Shown: in pieces, positions 40,401 to 50,711 of the stretch
Position numbering within the stretch: position 1 is the first letter of the stretch
Layout: each line of letters begins with the position of its first letter
Notes under the pieces: generated by a model
The model's input: only the letters and a program-made list of their open reading frames with translations
The model's database searches: none
Told to the model about the DNA's origin: nothing
Position numbers and translations under genes: made by a program
Source of the DNA: Balanoglossus misakiensis
Lineage: Eukaryota; Animalia; Hemichordata
Direction of reading: 5' to 3'
DNA length: 64,000 bases
Assembly: GCA_040954595.2 (NCBI GenBank)
Contig: CM082577.2
Span: forward strand, 8,643,846-8,707,845

Positions 40401-43400
40401 TAACACTCGATCCTCTGAAATAACTCTCTGATAATTTCAGATATTGTCCGTGATGCTGTACACAGGCGACAAGTCTGACACCGGCAAGCACCACCACCAC
40501 AAGAGCCACGCCGCACCCAAGCTGAAATCCCAGCAAGACTGGCACGAGAGCGAGTCCGGCAGCGATTTCGACACCGACTGGACGGATGACGACGACGACG
40601 ACAGTAGCAGCAGCAGCAGCAGCAGTAGCAGCTGCAGCGGAAGGGTGAAGAAAGCGCCCTCGTCGCCCACCAAGGCTGCTGACGCCACGGCAACCGCCGC
40701 GGAGACCATAGGAGGATCAGATCCCATGGAGGGCCTGGACGAGAATACGAAAATCTGCTTTCAGGTAGGAAAGTTTGATGGTGCTGTTACAGTGTAATTA
40801 TGGTTAGAGTATGGTAAATCGGAAAATCCCCTTGATGTGATTGGTCAACTGTCCCCATTGGCCTCGCTTTGAGTTCAAATCCATGATGGCTGCGTGAGGG
40901 CGCTAGACTAATATTGTGTATTGCTTGCGAGCATTCAAATGAATCCCAGGGATGGTCAATCATTTAACACGTTGCTTTTTATTTTCAAACACTGACACAG
41001 ATAACCAACGATGCACTGAAGGCTCCACTGTCAGTCTTGAGAGCTATCTATGAAGCTAACGGTCGACAAACGAATCTACTTCTGGATGAAGTGCAGAAAT
41101 GGTAACTTGATGTTCCTTTTTAATGGAAACTTGTCAATCCTTCCACCCCCAGTTTCCTGTTTAAGAGGTCAATCTTTACCATAGAAAACAATGGGTTTGG
41201 ACTGAACCATGGTGGTGAAAGGGTTAAAATACTCATCCCTGCTAATTTTTACAAAAGTGGTTTAACATGTACTTGTATATGTAATTGAATACAGTTATAT
41301 TCATGACATACACATATATCAAATATATGACTGAGGCTCAAACAGAAAACGAAAACAAGACCTCATATAAATGTTGGTTTTCTTGTAAGAGAAGTGTTTC
41401 AATTATAAAGAGCCAAATCATATTTTATATTAAAAATTGATTGAAGTATAAAGTACTGTATTTTTCTCACGTTGAGTATACATAATTCCTGCAAAAGATG
41501 AGTCCATAGTTTAGTCGCTAAAACCTTTGATTAACATAAATTCATGAGTGGATGTGTTGTGTTGCAGCTTTGATGGAGATGTCTTCCATATCAGTGACCA
41601 CATAAAGGAATTGGCCAAGAAATGGGAACCGGTAAAACGGCCGGTGATAGAAGAAATGGAGAACAGAGTTGTGGACATTGGAGTAATTGGGTACACCCCT
41701 AATAAGAGTCTACCAAAGTAAGTGAATGCAATTTTGACTGAGTGTTTGTGTCAGTTAAAGGTACACTAATCATCTCTAATTTACATATGCACATATATGG
41801 TTAAAGGGTGTGTCTAAGTCATACAGTGACCTTGTGATGGCTTTGTGTGATTGGCTAAATTTTCCTGTGGCTAAATTTGCATATAGGTGACTGCATACCA
41901 TGAAAGACAACATTCAGTGAATATTGGCCAGTGCCTCTGTTGTTACTTGTATTCAATGTACTATTTTGTTTTTGTCCAGACCAGTAAATGTTGCTGTTGA
42001 TGAACCCAACGAAGGCATACAGAAGTTGATATCAACACCAGAAACTGAGATGAAACAAGTAAGTAAGATTTGGGGAAATTTCTCAAAGAGGTGATCAATA
42101 TTTTCGAAGGGGGGAAAAGGAGTCGAAAGGATCCAGATTCGACTGGCGTTTTAAGTTTCACTTAAAATTTCCGAAGATGAATGTCCATAAGCAGTTATTC
42201 CAACTTTGACATATTGTTGAAGTCTTTTGCGTTTCACATGCTCGGCAGAGGTTGTCTCAGGAGGATAGCCTTAAACCCCGGTGCGGGGTATAAAAGACCC
42301 CCCAAATCAGTGGCGAATCTTAATGCCGTTTGACTGACAACAAACAACACCAACGATCTTGGCTCTATGAAAATCGGCCAAAACAGGTCCAAGCATAAAG
42401 AATTACACCACACAACGACAGTAGTTGGCTTTATAAACACACACAACATAAAGTTATCGACGAAAAAGTACACGAGCTTATGAAACAATGATGATTTTGG
42501 GAGAAATCTGGTTTCAGTGCTTTTCAGAAGCGTCCCTGGGAAACAATAACCACGCCATTCAAACAGTTGTCAATCGCGTGGAAGTGTGAAGTGTTCAATT
42601 ATTTTCTGTGTACATGAGAGCAATTACACAGTCATTATGCACGACGACCACTCCCAAATAAACAACTATACAAACACACGTTAATCCGAACCCCAGGACT
42701 TTCCGCACCGGGGTTTAATAAAGGAGTGGTTCGTTCACTTAGTAATTTGAGTCATTTCGTGTCATTTTCAGAGTTATGGAAGACAGCAACGCAGCAAGAG
42801 TTCGGTTCTGTTGAGAAAAGAACTTGAAACTCACGGCAAGTCTGGGTCTAGACACTACCTTTTCAAAGTAAGTGGGGTTTTCTGTCACAGTCTGAAAAAA
42901 CTTTGATTCCCAAATGAAAACTTGTCACTCTATCATTATTCCCTGCTCAATTCCAGCTTTATGTCTGAATCAGAATTTATACTTGGTACTGGCAAGTCCT
43001 GAAATACAAGATCTATTTTCAGTCCACTATCAAATACATGTAGATGCCTTTAATGATGTTAGTATTCATGTACTGCCACACACCACTGGCTGGAACAGTT
43101 GTGAACACAACTGTATTGCCAAGGAGCATGATCATACACACTAATATGGTAATTTTCTGTGTCTAACCCCAGGTGAACACGGCAATCAGCATAATGTATG
43201 CTCGCCATGTGTTGTCAGCAGTCCTTGCCGAGTGGCCTGGTGACAACTATGAGATCAGCTGTCAAGCCCTGGGTTGCATCGAACACACTCAGCTTGTTAG
43301 CGCCATTGATTTACTGCAGAGGGCTGAAGATAAGGGCAGCTTCTTCAAGGTAAGGTCAAATTTGAACCACAAGATGGCGCTGTTGAGGTACCATGACGAC

Positions 43401-46400
43401 AGTACAGAGAAGAATTTTAGGTTTGAAAGAGTTAAAATCTACTATGGAATGTTTTATCATATTCCATTTTATTTTATTTAGTAATAACATTAGAAGATTA
43501 ATGTCCAGAGATCAGGGAAAATGGAATTGAATTTGAGTGACGCATTCCCCTTTAGTCGATGTACTATTTGGGGAATTTTATTGACAAAAAATTGGTTGTG
43601 GTAAAATAGTACTAGTATAGCAAAGAAGCCAGTGGTATCCACGATGACCTTGACATTGACACCAAGTATTCACACTCTGTGTCTTTCTTCCACTACCGCC
43701 AGGTTGTACACAATGCAGTGCAGTACTGCAAACCAGAGTTGTTGGCTCCACTTTCGCTGGCTGCATGTCACTTCATGGAAGAAGTGAATTTATGCACAGA
43801 AACTAGGGAGTCTGAGCACAACTACAAGAACAATGTGATCGCTCAGGTGCGTCTGAAATTTTGTCTTGCTTCTCCTGCGTATAAAGGAACGCAGCATGTA
43901 CTTCGTGGAAAGTGCATTTCTGTGATGTGAAATCCGTCATTAATACTGATATCATATTTTCACTGTTGCACTTTTGCCCATCTGAAAAAAAAAATTACAA
44001 CTGCAATGTGATATCATTTCAGTAATTCTCGTGATTGTGATACAAACGGACCCATGCAAAATTTTTCGGTAGTTGTTGAGGTCCATCATGAAAAAAAAAA
44101 AAAAAAAGGTTTAACATCTGTCCGTGATTGACGTTTGAGTCGTGATTTTTGAATACTCAACTGAAGGTCTGTCTTAGGAAGTTACAGCTGTATAGCGCCA
44201 TATGACTTACTACGGAATTCTTTTTACCAGCACCAAACAGCAAACTGGCAACATCGTATTTCTTTCATGCCAGCAACGCGTTATCTCTAAAATTGTAACA
44301 ACGTCACAATGTACTAGACAAAGAGGCGTCCCCCCATCCCAATTGCGCAGTTGAAGTACGTGCGTGTTGAGAGAGAGACGTGAACAGAAAGGGGTAGGAG
44401 ACTGACTTGAACACGGACGACGAGAGTTGTTTAGCGTGTCGAACGCTGCTCTACGAAGCTTGTAGTTACCTACTGACCGGGACATTTGCGCTTGAACGGA
44501 CTGGGTTCCTCCCGATTGCCGCACGCCGGCGGGTATGAAAGTGTAGGCGCTAAGACGTCGATCCACCGGCCGGCTGCACTGTTCCCAACATTACCAGCTC
44601 CACGCCACTTTGAGCTGCACCGCGGTCGGATATCCCACCCCGGCTGCCGGACAGCATATGAAGGTGTCTGAGGCCTTTTCTAGTCAAAACTTTGGGGTTT
44701 TCGGAATGGGAAATAGCGGAACAAGAACATGGATATATACTAAATCATGAACGCCAAACAAACACGTTGAAAAAGCCAGATCTGAAAAATTCATGTGGCG
44801 TCCGCCGCTGGGCGCATTGACGCGTCAACGTTTTTTTCAAACAACGTAACCTGTCACGATTGCTGCCACAAACAACAAGTTCGTGCGTAGGTCGAAAAAG
44901 TTCTCAAGCGGCCGGGTGATCGCGGCAAGGTTAGCGGCGGCCTCGCACGCCCGAATTTGCCACAAAACTATCAGTCCACACAGCAATGCCGTTCAAACTC
45001 TTCCGTCGTATTTATTTCAACACAAATTCAGAATACAACACGGCAGTTTGGTACGTCGTCTCTATCCTACACTGCTAATTCTCATCTCAATCTCTAAAAA
45101 AGTTCAACAGACGGGATACACTGCAACCCGCGGCACTAGGAACGGCAAAATTCACGTCTCTGCTTCACAGGAATCTACCGACCTGAAGTGGGAGGAACCC
45201 AGTCCGTTCAAGTACAAATGTCCCGGTAAGAAGGTAACTACGAGCTTCCTAGAGCAGCGTTCGAGTCGACACGTCTCTCTCAACACGCACGTACTTCAAC
45301 TGCGCAATAGGGATGGGGGGGGGGGCGCCTCTTTGTCTACTAAATTGTGACGTTGTTACAATTTTAGAGATAACGTGTCGGGCCCCCTCAAAGAAAGCCG
45401 GTGGCCCCCTCAAAGAAAGCCGGTGTTGCTAGTTTGGCATTTGTTGCTAGTATTCTGAATATCGTAGTAATTTGAATCTATCTGTCTGCTGCAGGACAAA
45501 ATCCACATCCCCAACGCGATATTTCTGACGGTCAGGTTTGACCCGAGATGCTCGACGGAGGAAGGCTGCGACGAATTGGTCATCTCGTCCAGTCCTGACT
45601 TCAAACAAGACAGGCGCACGTTCAGTGGATCGTCTCGAGACAAGTGGATCGATTTTGACGTCCCAGGTTGGTCACTTAGTCGAATTGGAATCAAACAGGA
45701 GCTGTAACTGATAACGACGATTTGTGTGGATTGATACTTTCTCAATAATTAATTGCATTGTTGATAGATTACACAGAATTTCTGTTTTGAATTCCTTCAG
45801 GGGACACACTGTATTACAAGTTCTCGGCAGACTGCAGTAACAATGACTGGGGATTTAAATTTACAGTGACGGGCGGAAAGATGGGAAGGTGAGTGAAGAC
45901 AGTCATTCGTTGAATTCTCGCTCAATACACTGAAGTATTATGTGTTTACTACTTGTGATGATGTATATCAACTGAAAAACCATAAACTGTATTCCCAAAT
46001 ACCCAGAATCAGCATATCAAGAGTAAATGTGTTTAGTGTGTGTGATTTTTATCAGTGATAATCATATCCTGTGATTCCAAACATATATTTTTGAGGTACC
46101 GTACCTAAGTATTGACCATATACATTGTATATGTTCATTAAATCTTGTAGGTTTGAAACTGGTTATGTGTTACTGAACACTATACTGACAGAGAGTACCC
46201 TTGCACTGTGAGTATCCAGGAATTAATTTAACTTTTCTCTGACAATATAAAGGAGAAACTGTACAGTAACTTGCTAACAGATTGTGAAAATACTTCAGGA
46301 ACACATTCTCAGATGGTCTTGTCTTTCTGGCACCTGTCTGTCTGTCCCTCCTACCTTGCCACTGGATTTATAATTTGTAATGACAAAACAGTTATTATTT

Positions 46401-48177
46401 CTGTCTGAGAATGTGGTCAGCTATACCAGAGCAAATATGCCATGAATCTCGTCTAAAAGACGTCAAAAATGTACTGTAGAATATCGCAGAAATCTTTTAA
46501 AACGATTAATTGATGGTTCTCATTATCGCGTTCTGACTTGTCTTGCTCAGTAAACTGCCGCTGGATGAGCTGTGGTGTTGGTTGGTGTACGTGTCGTGCC
46601 GCCAGACCGGGCAACAGAGACTCAAAGTCATACAACTCATGTTGAGGATACTGCAACTTCTGTCAAGGTAAGAGACCCATGAGCAGAACTGGGCTTGTCA
46701 AGAATTCCTGAATGCATTTCGTCCTTTCTGCGTGGTTTTTGATTTCTTGTGGCGAACTCACAGAATCAGTCGGAATTCTCCCTACCTTAAATAGGTTTTA
46801 AGCTACCTAAGTGAGTGGTGAAAATCTCATATGGTGGACACGATTTCAAGATGGCCGATTTTTGCCCTGTTTAAGAAATGGGAGTTCATAAGCTAAAGTG
46901 ATGATGGGTCATTCTGAAACTTTTTAAAAGAAAAAAGGACAAAATGTGAAAAAAGTTTAATGAGTTTAATATGGTAACTAAAAAGACAGACATGTTTGAG
47001 CAAAGGAAGTCATGAAATACAGTAAACATATTTCTTCTATCTCTTACTACAGTGGGATGTCGACTTTCCAACCAGAATGCAATGTGATTTGACCCCCTAG
47101 CGCAAAGTGAAAACCTATTTAAGGCAGCCAGAAATTACTACACAAGATATCCCTGCTCATCATTTTTGATCTGTACATGTAAACTGTTCGTAGTAACATC
47201 ACCACTTGAGGCATTGATCTTTTTTTATGCCACACTTTTTCTATCGCAGCGCACCGAACACAGAAGCAGCCCAACCCATAGACAAATCTCACATGCCTAA
47301 CCTGACCCAGCTGAGGCCCCTGTGGTTGCTGCTCAATAAGATGGCGAAGGAAACTCCCAAAGACAGCTCAGCAAAGATCCTGCCACCTGTACAGAGGGCT
47401 CTCACTGAGTTATTTCTCTTGGCAGAAAACTTGGCCATGGTAAGTGTCACTTATCTTATTTGTATTCATGCAGCATATACTTAAAGGAACCCTGAAAGAA
47501 TGTTTCTTTTTTGTTGTCAAGAAATATGTATAGGTCACTCTAAAAATTTATTTATCGAATTAGTTAATATGTTTCCTTTTTTCTCTCTAAGGTGTATGAA
47601 ATTTTTTCTCCTGATTTATATGGTTATTCCTCCCTTCCTCAGCAAGGACTATGTGTCATTCAAAATCACAGTATTTTGTTACAAATACATTTTATATATA
47701 ATACAGGAATGGGGAATTCAAGAAGAGTATATGATAGCAATGGTGGACGAGGAAGATCTCAAGAAAGTTGCTGTGCAGGTAAATCACAAGTTATAAGAAA
47801 CTGCCTATGCCAACCTTGTCATTGATCAGCATCTGGTGCTGCAGTGCCTTATGTCTGATTTCAAAGAGAATTTGCACTCTCAATGACAAGGAGCTTAGCC
47901 CATCTGGACTGATAGGGGGCGTCCTCTAGGGTTTTTATTTTCACAAAGTCATGCTCGCATGTGCATATGGAAACCAATTAACTTGGTCATCAGTGAAGCT
48001 AATAGCTGCTGATGAGAGGAACAAACCTGGTATTATTAGCAATATCTAAATCCTGTCACTTTTCTGGTTCCTCCGAAGGCACTGCACAATATAGCTGCTT
48101 TAGGAATGGCCATCCGGGTCCCAAATAAAGCCAGCGAGGCCGCCTTCAAGAAATCCAAGCCAGTCACCACGGCCTGA
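10487..48177 (+). CDS. ZZEF1: Zinc finger ZZ-type and EF-hand domain-containing protein 1 (about 73 coding exons)
   Basis: Start MGNASSNSDSDEES (10487-10543). EF-hand FNQFDTDGDGTAD (12689-12833). APC10/DOC domain SYWQSDGSARSHWIRLRMK...DQSYMPQLV...IKRCHSDGCDTRIHG (14191-14871). ESxHNY/FDxRCxTE/WGYKFTV modules (~24167-25119 and ~43703-45888). Two ZZ fingers CDGC..RYRCLHCEDMDLCNTCY (30655-30848) and CDNC..RIHCNQCEDFDLCYGCY (31482-31595). ASKGTGFSRQWLLKDLEILSVMLY (40064-40460). Last exon 48079-48177 ends KPVTTA-TGA. Many junctions were checked for phase; some internal boundaries are approximate. Confidence 0.93.
14959..15079. mobile_element. Degenerate TA-flanked MITE (TACAGT...ACTGTA ends, Tc1/mariner-pogo type); similar relics near 1052-1205 and 26150-26313
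   Basis: Ends TACAGTCTAACCTGT / ACATGTTCAACTGTA form imperfect inverted repeats; internal GTGGC...TAT motifs recur in the other relics. Confidence 0.45.
20278..20316 (+). CDS. ZZEF1: Candidate 39-nt frame-preserving alternative exon of ZZEF1 (CVRSSPYESQDNK)
   Basis: ccaAG|TGT...AAG|GTCAGT, phase 0/0 like the flanking exons (end 19643, start 21041). No AG dinucleotide between 20025 and 20275; long pyrimidine tract; several TGC motifs before the acceptor; TGCATG upstream (~20080) and downstream (~20389, ~20677). Confidence 0.55.
21381..21473. mobile_element. About 90-bp TTAA-flanked piggyBac-type MITE family (TTAACCCTTTCACC...GGTGAAAGGGTTAA)
   Basis: Full copy here. Other copies or fragments share CCAAACCCATTGTTTTCTATGGT and GGACCTCT at ~2950-3034, ~13272-13365, 16476-16567, ~23965-24040, ~32268-32334, ~41135-41227 and ~57572-57643, in both orientations. 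Confidence 0.8.
22947..23008. repeat. Imperfect (CA)n microsatellite
   Basis: Read directly. Confidence 0.8.
24376..24450 (+). repeat. Short dispersed repeat CCCTTTGCACyCyGACCCC..GTGACCTrTGATGTCA; further copies ~25727-25797 and ~61692-61740
   Basis: Three similar intronic segments; the first begins TTAACCC like a piggyBac-type end. Confidence 0.55.
24585..24654. repeat. (TTCA)n tetranucleotide microsatellite just upstream of a ZZEF1 acceptor
   Basis: Read directly; it explains the HSFIHSFI ORF artefact. Confidence 0.95.
28120..28263. mobile_element. Palindromic (hairpin) MITE of about 140 bp; right-half copy at ~40822-40907
   Basis: Left arm TCTGGTGCCCCCATGCAGCTATCATGAATCTTAACTCAAAGCAAGCCAATGG pairs imperfectly with right arm CCATTGGCCTGGCTTTGAGTTAAAATTCATAATGGCTGTGTGAGGGCGCTAGA. 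About 85 bp recur at 40822-40907. Confidence 0.75.
28511..28720 (+). mobile_element. About 210-bp TA-flanked MITE, copy 1 (TIR TACTGTAAAACACTTTATTTTCGCGAG)
   Basis: Near-perfect terminal inverted repeats; five copies in the window. Confidence 0.9.
29542..29860. mobile_element. TTAA-flanked piggyBac-type non-autonomous element (~320 bp)
   Basis: TTAACCCTTATGCTAC ... GCAGCGTTAGGGTTAA; the internal direct repeat CACACACTTGGCAGTCT occurs twice. Confidence 0.6.
31057..31267 (+). mobile_element. About 210-bp TA-flanked MITE, copy 2
   Basis: Aligns by eye with 28511-28720 over its whole length. Confidence 0.9.
33050..35119 (-). CDS. Intronless TRIM-NHL protein (RING, B-box1, B-box2, coiled coil, NHL repeats; TRIM2/3/56-like E3 ligase) nested in ZZEF1 intron 32129-35908
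   Basis: 689-aa uninterrupted ORF (the start may be MAATS at 35110). RING [24 protein letters not shown]..CPEC; B-box1 CEGC..[14 protein letters not shown]..H; B-box2 CHIH..[14 protein letters not shown]..H; coiled coil; NHL repeats (YPHSVA, PWDIAV, PRGIAI, QPYHIAV, YPRGIAV, YPIGLAL). The flanking ZZEF1 exons (end 32128, start 35909) join in phase. Confidence 0.93.
   Translation of the reverse strand: [689 protein letters not shown]
37831..38041 (+). mobile_element. About 210-bp TA-flanked MITE, copy 3, 10 nt downstream of a ZZEF1 donor site
   Basis: Near-identical to copy 1, TIRs intact. Confidence 0.9.
38820..39133. mobile_element. Non-autonomous TTAA-flanked element, Kolobok-type ends (5'-AG...CT-3')
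   Basis: TTAA AGCGCGTAGCTCGTCTCACgCGCATG ... CATGCGaGTGAGACGAGCTACGCGCT TTAA: TIR of about 26 bp with one mismatch. Confidence 0.85.
40255..40353. repeat. (GT)n/(GCGT)n microsatellite
   Basis: Read directly. Confidence 0.9.
42271..42718. mobile_element. Non-autonomous TTAA-flanked element (~450 bp)
   Basis: TTAAACCCCGGTGCGG ... CCGCACCGGGGTTTAA, a perfect 16-bp inverted repeat including TTAA, in the intron between ZZEF1 exons ending ~42058 and starting ~42772. Confidence 0.8.
43367..43380 (+). promoter_or_regulatory. CTCF-like motif CCACAAGATGGCGC
   Basis: Matches the CTCF core; similar same-strand motifs at 4960-4973 and 60353-60366. Motif only. Confidence 0.4.
44207..45470. mobile_element. 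1.26-kb foldback element with ~280-300-bp imperfect terminal inverted arms
   Basis: Left arm 44207-44513 is the reverse complement of right arm 45190-45470 (e.g. TTATCTCTAAAATTGTAACAACGTCACAAT; TTGCGCAGTTGAAGTACGTGCGTGTTGAGAGAGA; CTTGAACGGACTGGGTTCCTCCC). The right arm has a 22-bp tandem duplication at 45381-45424. The interior is CpG-rich with no recognisable transposase. Confidence 0.85.
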
Positions 48178-50711
48178 TTCAACACTGTCTCACTCTCCAT
48201 TCACTGATGAACTGTCCATGGTTATGCAGAATACTGCATTCTTGCAACACCGACCGATAAGTATGGCACCGTTCTGTAGATTTCAAAATTCTTGACTTCT
48301 CGCAAGTATAGAAACTGGTAATATTTACATTGTATTTTGTATTTAGTCAGTTTATTTTGGTAGGCTGGACTTGAGTATAATTTACTTTGATATGACTTTA
48401 GGTTTGAAACCATGTGTAGTAGGTACCTATAATAGCGGAAATTTTTGACGTGTAAATCACATGGGACTTGAATGTGAAAACTGAATGTGCATGACAAAAT
48501 ATGTCATTGTTTTTCGGTGACATTTTATAATAATTAAATCAAAATACATTTACTGCTCTAATGCCATGTGTCAGGTATAGACCTAAAATAGTCTTATTTG
48601 TAGTCTCGACTTTTTATTTAACATAAGCAGAGTCTGTATTTAAAATGTACTGTTGTACTGTTAGTTTTAGGGGCCGCAGAAAACATATACACAACAAACA
48701 GTGCTAATTACACTTTTCCTTTTAAAAAAACCCACTATCTCTAAACAAATGAAAAATTTATTCTTTGAATTTTCACATACCAGCAGTCCCTCCAAAATAC
48801 GTTTGTGTCAACAAGAAAAAAATAAAGTCGAAGAACCCTTTTACCACCATTTGCATACTATAATCAAAACGAACTTAAGCCCTCCCCTTAACAAAGACAT
48901 TTTGTTCATCATCTGTGTTTTAATTATCCATGGCCCCTTAAGAGTATTCTTGTTGAATGTATTTATATTAATTAATCTTTACCATCATGCTTGCCAAAAT
49001 TCTCTATGAAACCACCGGATAAGACCTATTTTGCCAATTAAGCAATAGGGGTTTTTGATCATTTTGTTTTATACCAAGGGTTGGTATTAAAATTTCCAAT
49101 GCCATGTGTAGCATTTATTTGCAGTGTTTTAAAGGTTGATGAATATGATTTTATTGTGTAAATACAAAAACTGTATTTGATATTTGCATTAATTAAACGG
49201 ATGTTTTAAGACTTGTGGGCATTGTGATTTTTTAAGTTATCACTATCACCTCACATTTGGTATTTGGTTTGACAACCATTTCCCACTTTTGGTAACTGAA
49301 AAAAAAGAAACTATTTGTTCTACAGCTAAGTAGTGCATGATTACATTTTGGTTCAGGTGTTGACTAATTAAACGTTAGGGTATATGGTTCTGTGTGAGAA
49401 CTTTTTCAGAATGTGTGGAAGGTTTGTGTGAGAGATGATGACAGGAGAGACATTTTCATAACTTGTCACAACCTATCTATTTTATTAATAATAATGTCAA
49501 GTACAAAACTAGTGACACATCTAAAATATATAAATAGAAGTCAGGAAATGTCTTGGGGACACACAACAACAGTTCACACCGGTAAAATGTAAATGACAAC
49601 AGAGGAAACACTAAGATGCCCGAAAAATAGATAAAATATATAGTCACAAAACAGTGATGAATATATTTGGGAATGGAAAGTTACAGACTCTTGAGAAATA
49701 TAAACAGTATACCAAAGTTATAGATAGTGTGACTTTTACATTGGTTTGTATTGTGACGATTTTTGTTCCTAGTATTAGAAGTATATTGCAACAATTAAGA
49801 TGGCACTGGAAGTTTTGTTTATATACAGTAATATTCTAGGGTGCCATCTTCAATGTGTTGGATTAAATAGGAACCAATTATTTAGAAAGAGGTGGTAAAA
49901 ATCTACAAATCTTGCTCATCCTAATAAATTGTAATTTATGTACATGAAACTCACCAATACTGACCAAAAGTTGCTGAAATTATGATTATATATTCATTCA
50001 ATGGTGTTATGGACAGTTTGTACTGAAGGCATAGGGACAAGAACTTACTAATAATTATGGCTGCATCTTGTCATGGTTCTAGATGCATGATATAATTTCA
50101 GGGAAAAATTATCCACCAATTTAAATTTTCACCTCAAGGGGTTCCTACAGTCTTGTACGAACAATAATTTCTCAGACACAATTTTACAAACAAAATCATA
50201 AAACAGAGGCAACACATGTATCAAACATTGGCAGTCTATAAAACACTTCCCTACAAAAATCCCCCGAACACAATTTTTGAATGTAGGGAACCGGTCATAG
50301 TAACTTCAGTGGGAGTTTTATAGAATACTGGAAAATAACTTACAGAAAAGTGTATTAGTCTAAAACCACATAGGACTCGAAAAACTGGTAAATGGGAATG
50401 CTATTCAAAAACTGAATGCGGTCATGCTGATATTGTTCACGAAAGTATATGAATACAAATAGTACACTTGAAATACTCTGCTGTATGTAACTGAACAAAA
50501 AAGTCTTTGCAAGAAAATGTCAATATTATTGTATTATGGTACACTGGGACACAAACTAAAACACACTCCTAGTTTCATTCATCAACATCTCTTTCAAATA
50601 TTCACAAATGCACACAATTTCAATCACATCACCTGCTTGGTCATCAGACACGTCAAATGTAAAAAACCTCGTCAGCATCATTTGTGGATATCAAATTGAG
50701 TCCCCGAAATC

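Noticed and set aside
40126-40727. Thr-His, Cys-Val, poly-Cys and poly-Leu ORFs
   Set aside because: Translations of the (GT)n microsatellite and the antisense of the AGC/GAC triplet runs.
44210-45350. ORFs 44210-44566 and 44883-45350 sharing SLNTHVLQLRN
   Set aside because: The shared peptide simply reflects the inverted arms of the foldback element; no transposase motifs.
45381-45424. Direct repeats as a possible CRISPR-like array
   Set aside because: Two adjacent 22-bp units with no spacer in eukaryotic DNA; no CRISPR array was seen anywhere in the window.
48178-50711. Overlapping 3' UTRs of ZZEF1 and the NERD gene
   Set aside because: AATAAA-like signals occur on both strands but are expected by chance in AT-rich DNA; not decidable without transcript data.
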